Assembly: GCA_963668695.2 (NCBI GenBank)
Contig: CAXXLQ010000004.1
Span: 2,208,001-2,272,000, forward strand
Source: Vicinamibacteria bacterium
GTDB lineage: Bacteria > Acidobacteriota > Vicinamibacteria > Marinacidobacterales > Marinacidobacteraceae
Reading direction: 5' to 3'
Length of the DNA stretch: 64,000 nucleotides
Shown here: piece after piece, positions 29,311 to 38,991 of the stretch
Layout: each line of letters starts with the position of its first letter
Position numbering within the stretch: position 1 is the stretch's first letter
Translations under genes and position numbers: made by a program
The notes under the pieces: generated by a model
What the model was told of the DNA's origin: nothing
Database searches by the model: none
The model's input: only the letters and a program-made list of their open reading frames with translations

Positions 29311-30621
29311 TCAGCGAGAGCCTTGCTCCCCCGCCCGGCGCCGCTCGAGAGCCCGGATCGCCAAGTCCAGCTCCGGGTCGTCCTTGTCAAGATCCCCGGG
29401 TTCGACATCGAGATCCGCGGGACCCAGGCTGGGTGTCACCCCGACCCCCAGGATGTCCTCTCCATCCGTCCCCCTGATGTGGGCGGTGGAAAGGAGGATC
29501 GCGTCACCCTCCGGGAGTTCGATGAGTTCGGGGCGCCCCGTCCGGCCCGCGGTGCGTCCACCGACCACATCCGCCTCGTCCCGGGACTTGAGGGCTGCGG
29601 CGAGCACTTCGCCAGGGCACACCGTGCTCCGGTTCACGAGCACGGCGAGCGGCCCTTCGAACCCGGGCTCGCCAGCCGGTGTTTCAAGAGCAACCGACGA
29701 CTCTTCACCCTCGGCCGAACGCTCGACGAGTCGGGCCACGGTGCCCTGCATGAATACGCCGGCGGCTTCGACCCCGGCTTCGCAAACGCCGACACTTCCG
29801 CGGCTTCCGCGAAGGTCGAGCGCCAGGCTTTCCGCCCCGCTGTCCTTGAGCGACTGAACGGCGGCTGCCAGTTGAGCCGGCGTCTCTTCGTGAAAACGTC
29901 GGATCTGGAGCAGCCCGACGCCTGCATCCAGCATTCGGTGTTCCACCGGAGGGTCGGGGAGCACGGCCCGCGCGAGGGTGACGACCCGCGACTCCGAGTC
30001 CGTGGCGTCCCGAAGCGTCAGTTCCACGGGGGTGTCCGGCTCTCCGGAGAGAAGCAACAGCGCGACCGGAATCCGGAGTTCTCGAGTGTTCTGGCCGTCA
30101 ATCGCCGTGATCGCGACGCCGCGCTCGATCCCCGCTCCCGCCGCCGGCGACCCGGGCAGCACATCGTCCACGTGCAGGTAATACCGCTTCTGAAGGCCGA
30201 CCCCCACGCTGGCGCTGGCCGACGCGCGATTGCGGTAGCGGGCGAGGTCGGCGATGCTGAGGTAGGCGCTGTCCGGATCAAGGGCTTCGAAAATCCCCCG
30301 GACCGCCCCGTCCATCAGGAACGCCGGATCCACCGGCTCCAGGTATTGGTCGCGGATGAGCATCAAAGCGCCGCTGAACACCTCGATCGCTTCGTACACC
30401 GACTCCTGGACGAGAGCCCCCGCTTCCGCACCTCCTCCGCCCGCCGGCCCGGCCGCGGCCACCAGGGGTGCGGCGCGACCCGCACTCTCAGGGGCAAGGC
30501 GACCCAGGACGACCACCGCCGCAGCCGCGATCAGGATGGCGGCGAAGGCTTTCCGGCGCGATCCGGGCCGCCCGCCCGAAGCCGGCGGGCGGGCGGAGGA
30601 CCCCGGGCTAATGGAGATCAG
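29311..30621 (-). CDS. S41/CtpA-like PDZ peptidase, catalytically degenerate
   Basis: LDPDSAYL, PDZ (PGSPAA.AGI..G), LDLRG, GPLAVLVN, GVTP. 5' end extended to a CTG overlapping the upstream stop so that the RRK+TM segment is included. Confidence 0.85.
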   Translation of the reverse strand: MISISPGSSARPPASGGRPGSRRKAFAAILIAAAAVVVLGRLAPESAGRAAPLVAAAGPAGGGGAEAGALVQESVYEAIEVFSGALMLIRDQYLEPVDPAFLMDGAVRGIFEALDPDSAYLSIADLARYRNRASASASVGVGLQKRYYLHVDDVLPGSPAAGAGIERGVAITAIDGQNTRELRIPVALLLLSGEPDTPVELTLRDATDSESRVVTLARAVLPDPPVEHRMLDAGVGLLQIRRFHEETPAQLAAAVQSLKDSGAESLALDLRGSRGSVGVCEAGVEAAGVFMQGTVARLVERSAEGEESSVALETPAGEPGFEGPLAVLVNRSTVCPGEVLAAALKSRDEADVVGGRTAGRTGRPELIELPEGDAILLSTAHIRGTDGEDILGVGVTPSLGPADLDVEPGDLDKDDPELDLAIRALERRRAGEQGSR

Positions 30622-32234
30622 GATCCGGACACCTCGAACTCAACCATTTCCGTGATCGACCCTCCGCCCACCGTGTCCCTCACGGTGATCTCGGCGGTGT
30701 ATGCGCCCGCTTCGAAATCCTCACGGCGGCCGTCAGCGAAAAGCCGGGAAAGGGGAACATCCACGATGGCGATCGCCAGTTCCGCGGAGGCCAGGTTGAA
30801 CGCCGTCGGGTTGTAGCGCAGGTACTGCTTGCCGTCCTTCTTGAAGGTGATCTGCCAGGTCAGGTTGGGCTGGCCGCTCGCGTCGTATCCGTAGGCGTTG
30901 AAGACCAGGCGCAGGTTGCCGCCCGGCGAGTACACGGGAGAAATCTGCGGAGTGAAGTGGAATCCTCCGACCAGGAGCGCTCTGCCGGGCTCCGGCGTGA
31001 AGTCTTCCACGCGCGAGCCGTCCGAAAACCGCGCCACCGACGACAGCATGAAATCACCGCTGCCGAAGTCGGGGCTTTCGATTTCCCGGGTGATTGTCCC
31101 GTGGATCTGGGTGGCCGGGTCGAGGAACCCGACATAGACCGAATAGGCGCCGGGCGCCATCTGCATCGGCATCTCCGCAATCGTCGGACCGCCCGCCGGT
31201 CCCTTCGTAACCTCGACGCTGCGCTCGTCGTAACCGATCACCGTCCCGAGGGCGTCCACGACGTTGTAGAACACCTGGAGCGAGGCCTTGTCGCCGTTCC
31301 AGGAGATGGAGTCCGCATCCAGTTCGAAGATCGCGGCCACGTAGGTGTCTCCGGCGTTCGAGCGGAAGAACGAGAAGTTGGCGTCGATTCCGATGTCGGT
31401 GCTCGGCTCGCCGCCAGCCCGGAGCGCATTCAGGATCGTCTTGCCCGGGCTGTTCGGGTCCAGGAGCGCCCTCGTTTCGGCGCCGAAGAGATCCTCGACG
31501 TCGGGGAGCTTGCCCTCCGCGTTCAGGGTGAAGTTGATCTGGCTCGGCCAAATGATCTGCCGCGCCCGCGCCCGCTCGATCGCGGCCTCGATCTCGTCGT
31601 TGCGGATCAAACGCATCCCGAGGTTCGTGGTTCGAAATTCGAGTTCCATGCCGGCGGGAAGACCGCGCTCGGGGTTCGGGACGTAGCTGAACTTCATTCC
31701 GGTGCCTGGACCACCGCCCATGCCGCCACCGGGGCCGCCGCCACCGCCGGCGCCCACGCCTCCGCCACTCTCCCCGAGCGGGTTCTCGCCGGTCGCGCCC
31801 GCGGGCGGCCGTGCGCCACCCGGTCCGGCGCTCCGTCCTCCGGTCCGCTCCCGGTTGTCCGGTGGGCCGAAGAGCAGCATCACGAGCGCCATGTCGGTCC
31901 GGGAGCCCTTCTGGCCGCGCTGTCCGAACTGGTCGTCGGCCTGCTCGCGCCAGTTCTTGAACTGGTCTTCGGCCCGGTCCGGGTCATGCGGGTTCTGGCT
32001 GCGGCGTGCCCAGAAGTGCTCCTTGAAGCGGTCCCGCTCGCCGCGCGGGAGCGACTCGAACGCCTGCTGCTCCTGAGCGGTCATGATCGGCTCGATCTCT
32101 TCGAGCCAACGCCGGTCGCCCCGGCTCAGGTTGTCCTGGGCAAGGGCGGGGAGGACGAGCGCGAGTATCGCAATCGCGGCGGAACCTGCCGTAACGAGGG
32201 AAAGGCGGGGGGCAACCCGCGTCTGCTCAGGCAT
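30618..32234 (-). CDS. GWxTD-domain secreted protein
   Basis: WLEEI.PIMT..E...F...ER..F...FW.RR and GSRTDM..V.LLFGPPD; C-terminal Ig-like domains. Confidence 0.82.
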   Translation of the reverse strand: MPEQTRVAPRLSLVTAGSAAIAILALVLPALAQDNLSRGDRRWLEEIEPIMTAQEQQAFESLPRGERDRFKEHFWARRSQNPHDPDRAEDQFKNWREQADDQFGQRGQKGSRTDMALVMLLFGPPDNRERTGGRSAGPGGARPPAGATGENPLGESGGGVGAGGGGGPGGGMGGGPGTGMKFSYVPNPERGLPAGMELEFRTTNLGMRLIRNDEIEAAIERARARQIIWPSQINFTLNAEGKLPDVEDLFGAETRALLDPNSPGKTILNALRAGGEPSTDIGIDANFSFFRSNAGDTYVAAIFELDADSISWNGDKASLQVFYNVVDALGTVIGYDERSVEVTKGPAGGPTIAEMPMQMAPGAYSVYVGFLDPATQIHGTITREIESPDFGSGDFMLSSVARFSDGSRVEDFTPEPGRALLVGGFHFTPQISPVYSPGGNLRLVFNAYGYDASGQPNLTWQITFKKDGKQYLRYNPTAFNLASAELAIAIVDVPLSRLFADGRREDFEAGAYTAEITVRDTVGGGSITEMVEFEVSGS

Positions 32235-32375
32235 GAGGCCTCCTGATGCTGGAGCGCCCACCAGGCCGAGGATCCACCCCGGACCGGACGCGCAAAAGCC
32301 GTGGAATTTCCGTGAAAGAATACGTCCGCAGAGGGTTCCCTGCAAGCCTCGAAAGCCACGCTATACTCGATTTCG

Positions 32376-33611
32376 ATGTCGTCTTCAATACCCCTGTCAC
32401 CGCGCTGGTTTGGCTTGGCCGCTGGCGGGCTCCTGCTCACCGGGCTGGTGCTCGGACCCCTGGGCTGCGGAACGGTGCCCAAGCGCACCTGGACGGTGGA
32501 AGAGATCCGGGCGGACCTGAATCACCGGATCACTCCCGACGTGCTGGCCCAGGTCGAGATTCCCTTCGAGATCGACGACGAAATCCGTGAACTCGCAGTT
32601 CGGGTCACCGAGAACCTCCGGGGCGACAAGGAAAAGATGCGGGCCATCGTCCGGGCGATTCGGCAGCACACCGGCGGGACCATTTCCTACGACTGGCTTT
32701 CCAACAAGACGGCGAAGAGCGTCTTCGAGGAAGGACGCGGTAACTGTCTGGCGTACACGAACCTCTTCGTCGGGATGTCCCGGGCGGTGGGGGTGGATGC
32801 CGTTTATGTGGATGTCACCACCATCGAGAAGGTCACCAGGGAAGCCGAGGTCATCGTCAACAGTGGTCACATCACCGGCGGCATCAAGGACGGGCCCGAC
32901 CTGATCTTCGTGGACTTCACCGCGAACCCCGAGCGCGAATACGCGGGGGCGAAGATCATCGATGACTTCGAGGCCATTTCGAACTTCTACAACAACCAGG
33001 GCTTCCTCTACGGCTATTTCGCCGAAGCGCTGGTGGACCAGGGAGGCTTCGACCCCATGGCCCGGGAAATCGAGATGTATGAGTTGGCGCTCTCGATACG
33101 GCCCAACTTCAACCGTGCCCGGAACAACCTCGGGGTCGCTTACAAGCGGCGCGGCCGGGTCGACGCTGCGATCGAGCAGTATCAATTGGCCCTCGACATC
33201 GAACCGGACTTCACCGAAGCCCGCGCCAACCTGGCGAGCGCCTACTACTCTCAGGGGCACATCGAAAAGGCGGTCCAGGAGTTCCAGCTTGCGGCGCGGA
33301 CCGACGGACGCAACGCGTACGTGGTGTATCACCTCGGGGTCCTGCACTACCACCAGGGCAAATACCGTCAGGCGGCCGACTATTTCCGTAAGGCGATTTC
33401 GCGGGACCGCCAGATGGCCGACGCCCGGTTCTTCCTCGGCGAGACGCTCATGAAACTCGGCGACGAGGACAAGGCCATGCGCGAATACGAGCGGGCGATC
33501 GAGATCGATCCGAACTACATCTCGGCGCGCGCCAAGCTCGATCTGCTGCGGGACGCGCAGCGGGCGCGTTCCCGAAGTGGGAAATCCGGGCCCGACGCTC
33601 CTCACCGCTGA
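32376..33611 (+). CDS. Lipoprotein with transglutaminase-like domain and TPR repeats
   Basis: Lipobox PLGC, TA..VF..GRGNCL.YTNLFV, SGHI, then several A.NNLG/A..NLA TPR motifs. Confidence 0.85.
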   Translation: MSSSIPLSPRWFGLAAGGLLLTGLVLGPLGCGTVPKRTWTVEEIRADLNHRITPDVLAQVEIPFEIDDEIRELAVRVTENLRGDKEKMRAIVRAIRQHTGGTISYDWLSNKTAKSVFEEGRGNCLAYTNLFVGMSRAVGVDAVYVDVTTIEKVTREAEVIVNSGHITGGIKDGPDLIFVDFTANPEREYAGAKIIDDFEAISNFYNNQGFLYGYFAEALVDQGGFDPMAREIEMYELALSIRPNFNRARNNLGVAYKRRGRVDAAIEQYQLALDIEPDFTEARANLASAYYSQGHIEKAVQEFQLAARTDGRNAYVVYHLGVLHYHQGKYRQAADYFRKAISRDRQMADARFFLGETLMKLGDEDKAMREYERAIEIDPNYISARAKLDLLRDAQRARSRSGKSGPDAPHR

Positions 33612-33635
33612 CGGCGCCCCGCACACCCCTTTTCC

Positions 33636-35411
33636 TTGCGCGTCGAAGGAAACACGGCGGGGCTCAAGTCCCGCGACCGGAAGGTATTGGAGCGCCTCAG
33701 CCGGCGGAGTTTGCCGCCGGCCGCGCTTCTGACCCGGGAGTTTGCCCGGCAGCTCGCGGGGATCTCCCACACGATTCGGCGTCAGGTGGGAGCTCTCGTG
33801 GACCGGCGCGGCACGATCACCTGGGTAGGAGTGGGGGACGCCCGCCGCATCGAACTGCCGGACCTGAAACGGCAGCGCGCGGCGGGCCGGCGGTTGCGGG
33901 GGTTGCGGTTTGTCCATACCCATCTGGCGGGAGAACCGCTGACGCGTGATGACCTCGCGGACCTCGTCCTCCTCCGGTTGGATCTGATGGCGGCCGTCAC
34001 GGTCGGCGAGGACGGACTGCCCGGCGTCGTCCATGTCGCCCACCTGAAGCCTCCCGGACGTCAAGGGAACGCCGCCAGCCCTCCCGGTGGGGGCCTTCAG
34101 ACCGGCACCGCCGCCCGGGGGGCGGCGAAAGCGAAAGAAGAAGATGAAACACCGTGGGAACTGCTGCCGCCCGTCGCCCCGAGTCAGTTGGACCTCGACT
34201 GCACCTCGCTCCTCGCCGACCTGGAGCGGGCCTTCGCGCGATTTGCGCCGGAGCGCCCGGGTCGGAAGTTCTCGGGACGCGCGATTCTGGTCGGGGTGGG
34301 GGAGAGATCGCTCCCGCTCGAGAACGTGATGGAGGAACTGGGTGAACTGGCCCGGGATGCGGGTCTCGAAGTTGTCGACTCTCTCGTGCAGCGCCGGCCT
34401 CGCCTCGACCCCCGTACCCTGGTCGGTCGAGGCAAGCTCGAAGCGCTCGTGATCCGGGCTCTCGACCGGGGCGCCGACCTGATCCTGTTCGCGTGCGACC
34501 TGAGTCCCTCTCAGACGCGCAACATTTCCCAGGCCACCGATCTCAAGGTCCTCGACCGCACCCAGTTGATCCTGGACATCTTTGCGCGGCGCGCGACGAG
34601 CCGGGAGGGGAAGCTGCAGGTCGAACTCGCCCAACTGCGTTACCGATTGCCGCGGCTGGTCCAGCGGGATACGTCGCTGTCTCGTCTGGCTGGCGGCATC
34701 GGGGGCCGGGGTCCGGGCGAGACCCGCCTCGAGGTGGACCGGCGGCGCACGCGCGAGAGGATCGCCCGCCTGCAGCGCGATCTGGCCCAGGTCGCGGTGA
34801 CGCGCGACGTGCGCCGGAAGCGGCGCGATGTCCGCGGCCTTCCGGTGGTCTCCCTGGTCGGTTACACGAACGCCGGGAAATCAACGCTGCTCAATCGGTT
34901 GACCCGAAGTCATGTGGCTGCCGGCAATCGGATGTTCGAGACCCTCGATCCCACGAACCGGCGGCTCCGGGTGCCCGTGGAGCGGGAAGTGCTGCTCGCT
35001 GACACGGTTGGCTTCATCCACGACCTGCCCGAAGACCTCATCGAGTCGTTTCGCGGCACGCTCGAAGAAATCTCGGCGGCATCCCTGCTGCTGCAGGTGG
35101 TTGATGCCTCGAGTTCCCGCCTCGACTCTCGCGCTGCTGCCGTCGAGAGCCTGCTCGGCGATCTTGGATTCCTCGAGATGCCCCGGATCGTACTGTTCAA
35201 CAAGGTGGACCGGCTCGATGAGGCGGCCCGGGCGGCTCTCCCGCACCGTCTCGCGGGGGCGGAAACCTGGCACGTTTCCGGGACTACCGGCGAGGGGCTT
35301 CAGGAGCTGGTCGGCGAGATCGCACGGCTCATTCCGATGAAGCCGGCGGGTATTGCCCCGGCGTTTCCGCCTCGAACGGTTCCGGAGAGGAATCCGCTAC
35401 TCCTTCGCTAA
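33636..35411 (+). CDS. hflX: GTPase HflX (long form with N-terminal extension)
   Basis: DRTQLILDIFA, GPGETRLE.DRR, GYTNAGKS, FETLDPT, DTVGF, NKVD. Confidence 0.96.
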   Translation: MRVEGNTAGLKSRDRKVLERLSRRSLPPAALLTREFARQLAGISHTIRRQVGALVDRRGTITWVGVGDARRIELPDLKRQRAAGRRLRGLRFVHTHLAGEPLTRDDLADLVLLRLDLMAAVTVGEDGLPGVVHVAHLKPPGRQGNAASPPGGGLQTGTAARGAAKAKEEDETPWELLPPVAPSQLDLDCTSLLADLERAFARFAPERPGRKFSGRAILVGVGERSLPLENVMEELGELARDAGLEVVDSLVQRRPRLDPRTLVGRGKLEALVIRALDRGADLILFACDLSPSQTRNISQATDLKVLDRTQLILDIFARRATSREGKLQVELAQLRYRLPRLVQRDTSLSRLAGGIGGRGPGETRLEVDRRRTRERIARLQRDLAQVAVTRDVRRKRRDVRGLPVVSLVGYTNAGKSTLLNRLTRSHVAAGNRMFETLDPTNRRLRVPVEREVLLADTVGFIHDLPEDLIESFRGTLEEISAASLLLQVVDASSSRLDSRAAAVESLLGDLGFLEMPRIVLFNKVDRLDEAARAALPHRLAGAETWHVSGTTGEGLQELVGEIARLIPMKPAGIAPAFPPRTVPERNPLLLR

Positions 35412-35593
35412 CAGCCTGTGGTGGAACCCGGGTGAGCGCCGAGGCCGGTGAGGCGCCCGGCTGACAAGGCGCGTGAGGGAGGAATACCTAGTGTATTTCG
35501 ACCGAAACGCAACGATGAGCGGCGCGAAGCGACGCGGTTCAGCCGGGATGGATCGCCGGCCGAACGCCGCCTGGGTTTCACCACAGGCTGTTA
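35409..35593. mobile_element. Family B MITE, 185-bp core copy between hflX and rsgA
   Basis: TA-ACAGCCTGTGGTGGAACCC...GGGTTTCACCACAGGCTGT-TA. Confidence 0.85.
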
Positions 35594-36561
35594 AGGCCGC
35601 CTGCCTCCCGGGAGAGGCGAATCAGGCTCTCGTAGCGGGCCGGGTCGGCCTTTCCGGCGGTGACCGCCGCCCGGACCGCGCAATCGGGTTCGGTCCGATG
35701 GGAACAGTCGGGGAAGCGGCAGTCGTCGGCGTAGGGGGCCAGATCGGGATGGGCGGTCCGGATGCGCGTCGCTGTCAGCCCGTCGAGGCCGAGCGCGCGG
35801 ATGCCCGGGGTGTCCACCAGCTCGCCTCCACCCGGAAGCGGGATCAGTTCGGCTGCCGTCGTGGTGTGGCGGCCCCTACCTCTGCGATCGAGTCCGCCGC
35901 TCCGCCGGCCGGGCACCCCGAGCGCCGCGAGCAGTTCGGTTTTCCCGACTCCCGAGTGGCCGAAGAGCACAGCCCGGCCGCGCGCCACACCGCTCCGGAA
36001 GGCCTCGATCCCCTCTCCGCTGCGCGTGCTCGTCCGATGGACTTCGAGTTCCAGCCGGCGATAGGGAACGAGATCGTGGGCAAGTCTGACGATTTCGTGT
36101 TCGCCTGCGAGATCGAGCTTGTTGAAGACGAGGACCGGGGTGACGCCCGCATCGAACGCGACCACCAGGGACCGGTCGAGGAAACCCGTCCGGTACGGCG
36201 GTTCCAAAAAAGCCGAGACGATGTAGCAGCGATCGAGATTGGCCGCGAACACGTGCATTTCCCGGCGTTCGGGTGGTCCGACAGCTCGGCGGAGCGCGTT
36301 GTGCCGGGGACGCACCGCGGTGATGCGCCCACTGGAGGTTCCCGTTCGGGAGGCGTGCGGTCGGCCCGGTTCGATCTCCTCGACGAGGACTTCATCCCCC
36401 ACCACGGCGGCGGCCCCGTCCGGGCGGGTATCTCCCCGGCTGAAGAGGCGCCCCCCGAGGGAGCAGCGCCAAAGGGATTCCGGCTCGCCGTGCGCGCCGG
36501 GCGGGAGCCGGACCATCGCTCCCTTTCGGCTCACCCGGATCACGGTCCCGGAGCGCTCCAT
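35578..36561 (-). CDS. rsgA: Ribosome small subunit-dependent GTPase A
   Basis: OB fold VVGDEV, NKLD, GHSGVGKT, GRHTTT, DTPG, CRFPDCSHRTEPDC Zn site. Confidence 0.95.
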   Translation of the reverse strand: MERSGTVIRVSRKGAMVRLPPGAHGEPESLWRCSLGGRLFSRGDTRPDGAAAVVGDEVLVEEIEPGRPHASRTGTSSGRITAVRPRHNALRRAVGPPERREMHVFAANLDRCYIVSAFLEPPYRTGFLDRSLVVAFDAGVTPVLVFNKLDLAGEHEIVRLAHDLVPYRRLELEVHRTSTRSGEGIEAFRSGVARGRAVLFGHSGVGKTELLAALGVPGRRSGGLDRRGRGRHTTTAAELIPLPGGGELVDTPGIRALGLDGLTATRIRTAHPDLAPYADDCRFPDCSHRTEPDCAVRAAVTAGKADPARYESLIRLSREAGGLNSLW

Positions 36562-36580
36562 CGGTAGGATGCTAACTTCC

Positions 36581-38125
36581 GTCGAGCGGTCCGGAAGGGG
36601 GGCGCCTGTTCTGTTTGAGGGTTCGTGGCGGAGCTTGATTGGAGCTGCGCCCCCTTCGTGTCGAGCGGTCCGGGAGGGGGGCGTCCGTTCCGTTGGGGGT
36701 TCGTGGCGGAGCTTGATTGCAGCTGCGCCCCCCTCCCGAACCGCCCGGCGCTTCGCGCCGGGTTTCCGGAGTGCGGCGAGAGCCGCACGGAGACCCCGGA
36801 GCAGGAGGGGTTGGGGTCGGGGGACCCGACTCCCAGCCGCTCCTGGCTCGGGAATCGCAACTCCCTCGTGCGCCGGAGGCGCACTTCGGCGAGTTCCGAT
36901 TCGTAGTTGCGTTTTTGTGAACGGGGGGCGGTAGCCCCCCTTTCACGCTTTCCCCCCGGTCAGGCGGGCAGCGAACGGAGTTCGCTGCCATTGTTTTTGC
37001 TCGTTCAGGGCATCGACATCGACTGTGTGTCAATGGGCTTCGAAAATGTCCCACTTTCTTGGAGTGATTGTGTGCCGACGGAGGGGAGGGTTGACGGGAT
37101 CCGGAGGGGTTTCGGCCGGATAGGCGGCGGGGGATGAGTTCGGGGATGGGCGCGTCGGGCGCGGACGGAGTTCGCTGCCGTTGTTTTTTGCGCGCTCGCC
37201 TAAGCGCCGCCAACAGCAGATGGCGCGCAGGCCCGGGAACGCCGGTCTTCAGACCGGCACCGCGGCCCGGAGGGCCGCGAAACCGCGTGTAGCCGTTCCT
37301 CCGGATGGCGCGCTGACCCCGGAACGCCCGGCGCTCCGCGCCGCGCTTCCGGAGTGCGGCGAGAGTCGCACGGAGACCCCGGAGCAGGAGGGGTTGGGGT
37401 CGGGGAACCCGACTCCTGGCCGCTCCGTAGCTCGGGCTTCCGAAGTGGGGCGCGAGCCGCACGGAGACCCCGGAGCAGGAGGGGTTGGGGTCGGGGAACC
37501 CGACTCCTGGCCGCTCCTGGCTCGGGAATCGAAACTTCCTTGCGCGCCTCCGGCGCGCGGTGGCGAGTTCCGATTGGTCGTTTCCTTCTTGTGAAAGGGG
37601 GGCGATGGCCCCCCTTTCGCACCTTCCCCCCTCGTGTCGAGCGGTCCGGAACCGGGGCCCATAGACGGGATCGGTGGACTGGTGCCTTCTGAGCTGGAAC
37701 GAGGGGCCCCGTTCCCGAACCGCCCGGCGCTTCGCGCCGGCAATCGCAACTCCCTTGCGCGCCTCCGGCGCGCGGTGGCGAGTTCCGATTGGTCGTTGTC
37801 AATTTGTGAACGGGGGGCAGTGGCCCCCCTTTCACACTTTCCCCCCTCGTGTCGAGCGGTCCGGAACCGGGGCCCATAGACGGGATCGGTGGACTGGTGC
37901 CTTCTGAGCTGGAACGAGGGGCCCCGTTCCCGAACCGCCCGGCGCTTCGCGCCGGCAATCGCAACTCCCTTGCGCGCCTCCGGCGCGCGGTGGCGAGTTC
38001 CGATTGGTCGTTGTCAATTTGTGAACGGGGGGCAGTGGCCCCCCTTTCACACTTTCCCCCCGGTCATGCGGGCAGCGAACCGGAGGTTCGCTGCCGTCAG
38101 TTTCTTGCTTGCTCCGCGCCGCGCC
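36581..38125 (+). repeat. Large family A cluster (~1.5 kb) including a 215-bp tandem duplication and a family C REP
   Basis: Variable-loop hairpins at 36586 (truncated), 36665-36744, 37641-37723 and 37856-37938; REP at 37235-37287. Confidence 0.88.
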
Positions 38126-38355
38126 GCGCACGGCGTGGACGCCGAGTGGCGTTATGGCTCACGTCTCGGCAATGACTCCATCGGGCATAGTGGCGTGCAG
38201 CCACCGGAACCCCGAACTCCGCCCGTTCTTCCCGTCCGTCCGGCCATTTATGGGCGCCGCGTGGCAGCCAGGTAAGTTCAAGTGGTCACTGCTGCTTTCG
38301 CTGCTCCGTGCGGGCAGTTGCGGCTGGTCGGTAGACCGTTCTTCGGAGTCCGCGT

Positions 38356-38991
38356 TTGGATTCTCGTACGTGCTACCTTTCCAAAGTTGTGCCAGAAGCG
38401 TCGGGGAATCTTGTATCCGTATCCACGATAACGGCCCTGCCCGCCGTACGCCGAGGGGTCTTGGCCGTGTTGCTCCTCGTTGCGGGTGGGCTTGAAGCAT
38501 CAACCGTCCGGCATCTGCCAATCGACCAGATGGCCCGCCGGGCCGACCAGATCTTCACGGGTGAGGTCGTAGGAATCACGAGTCAGATGAATGCCCGGCG
38601 CACCGGCATCCACACCTTCGTCACCGTTGCCGTCGACGAGTATCTGAAGGGGGGGCGCCGCGATTTGCTGACGCTGAGGATCCTGGGCGGAGAGGCCGAG
38701 GGTTACCGGCTGGTAGTGCCGGGATCCCCGGTATTCCGTCTTGGCGAGGAGGTCCTCGTCTTCAGCGACGGCGGCGCCGGCCGGATCCCGACGGTGCTGG
38801 GGATGGCGGCCGGGAAATTCACGATGGAGCGCGACCCGGCGACCGGAGAACAGCTCCTCGCGCGGTCCCTCGCCGGCCTGACGCTCAAGGATCCCGGCGG
38901 AGTTCCGGTGGACGCCCGTGCGGCCCGATCCGAGGGGCCTGCCTCGCTCGACGACGTGCGGCGCATCGTGCGTGACGCCTTGGCCCAGTGA
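38356..38991 (+). CDS. Secreted hypothetical protein preceding the matrixin gene (start uncertain)
   Basis: Signal-like segment, AD.I..G.V, I.T.VT..V.EYLKG, GG...G....PG.P.F..GEEVLVF; GTGA-coupled to the next gene. Confidence 0.7.
   Translation: MDSRTCYLSKVVPEASGNLVSVSTITALPAVRRGVLAVLLLVAGGLEASTVRHLPIDQMARRADQIFTGEVVGITSQMNARRTGIHTFVTVAVDEYLKGGRRDLLTLRILGGEAEGYRLVVPGSPVFRLGEEVLVFSDGGAGRIPTVLGMAAGKFTMERDPATGEQLLARSLAGLTLKDPGGVPVDARAARSEGPASLDDVRRIVRDALAQ

Noticed and set aside
8673-38125. Family A as a canonical CRISPR array
   Set aside because: Variable segments sit between inverted, co-varying arms and not identical direct repeats, and the units are dispersed.
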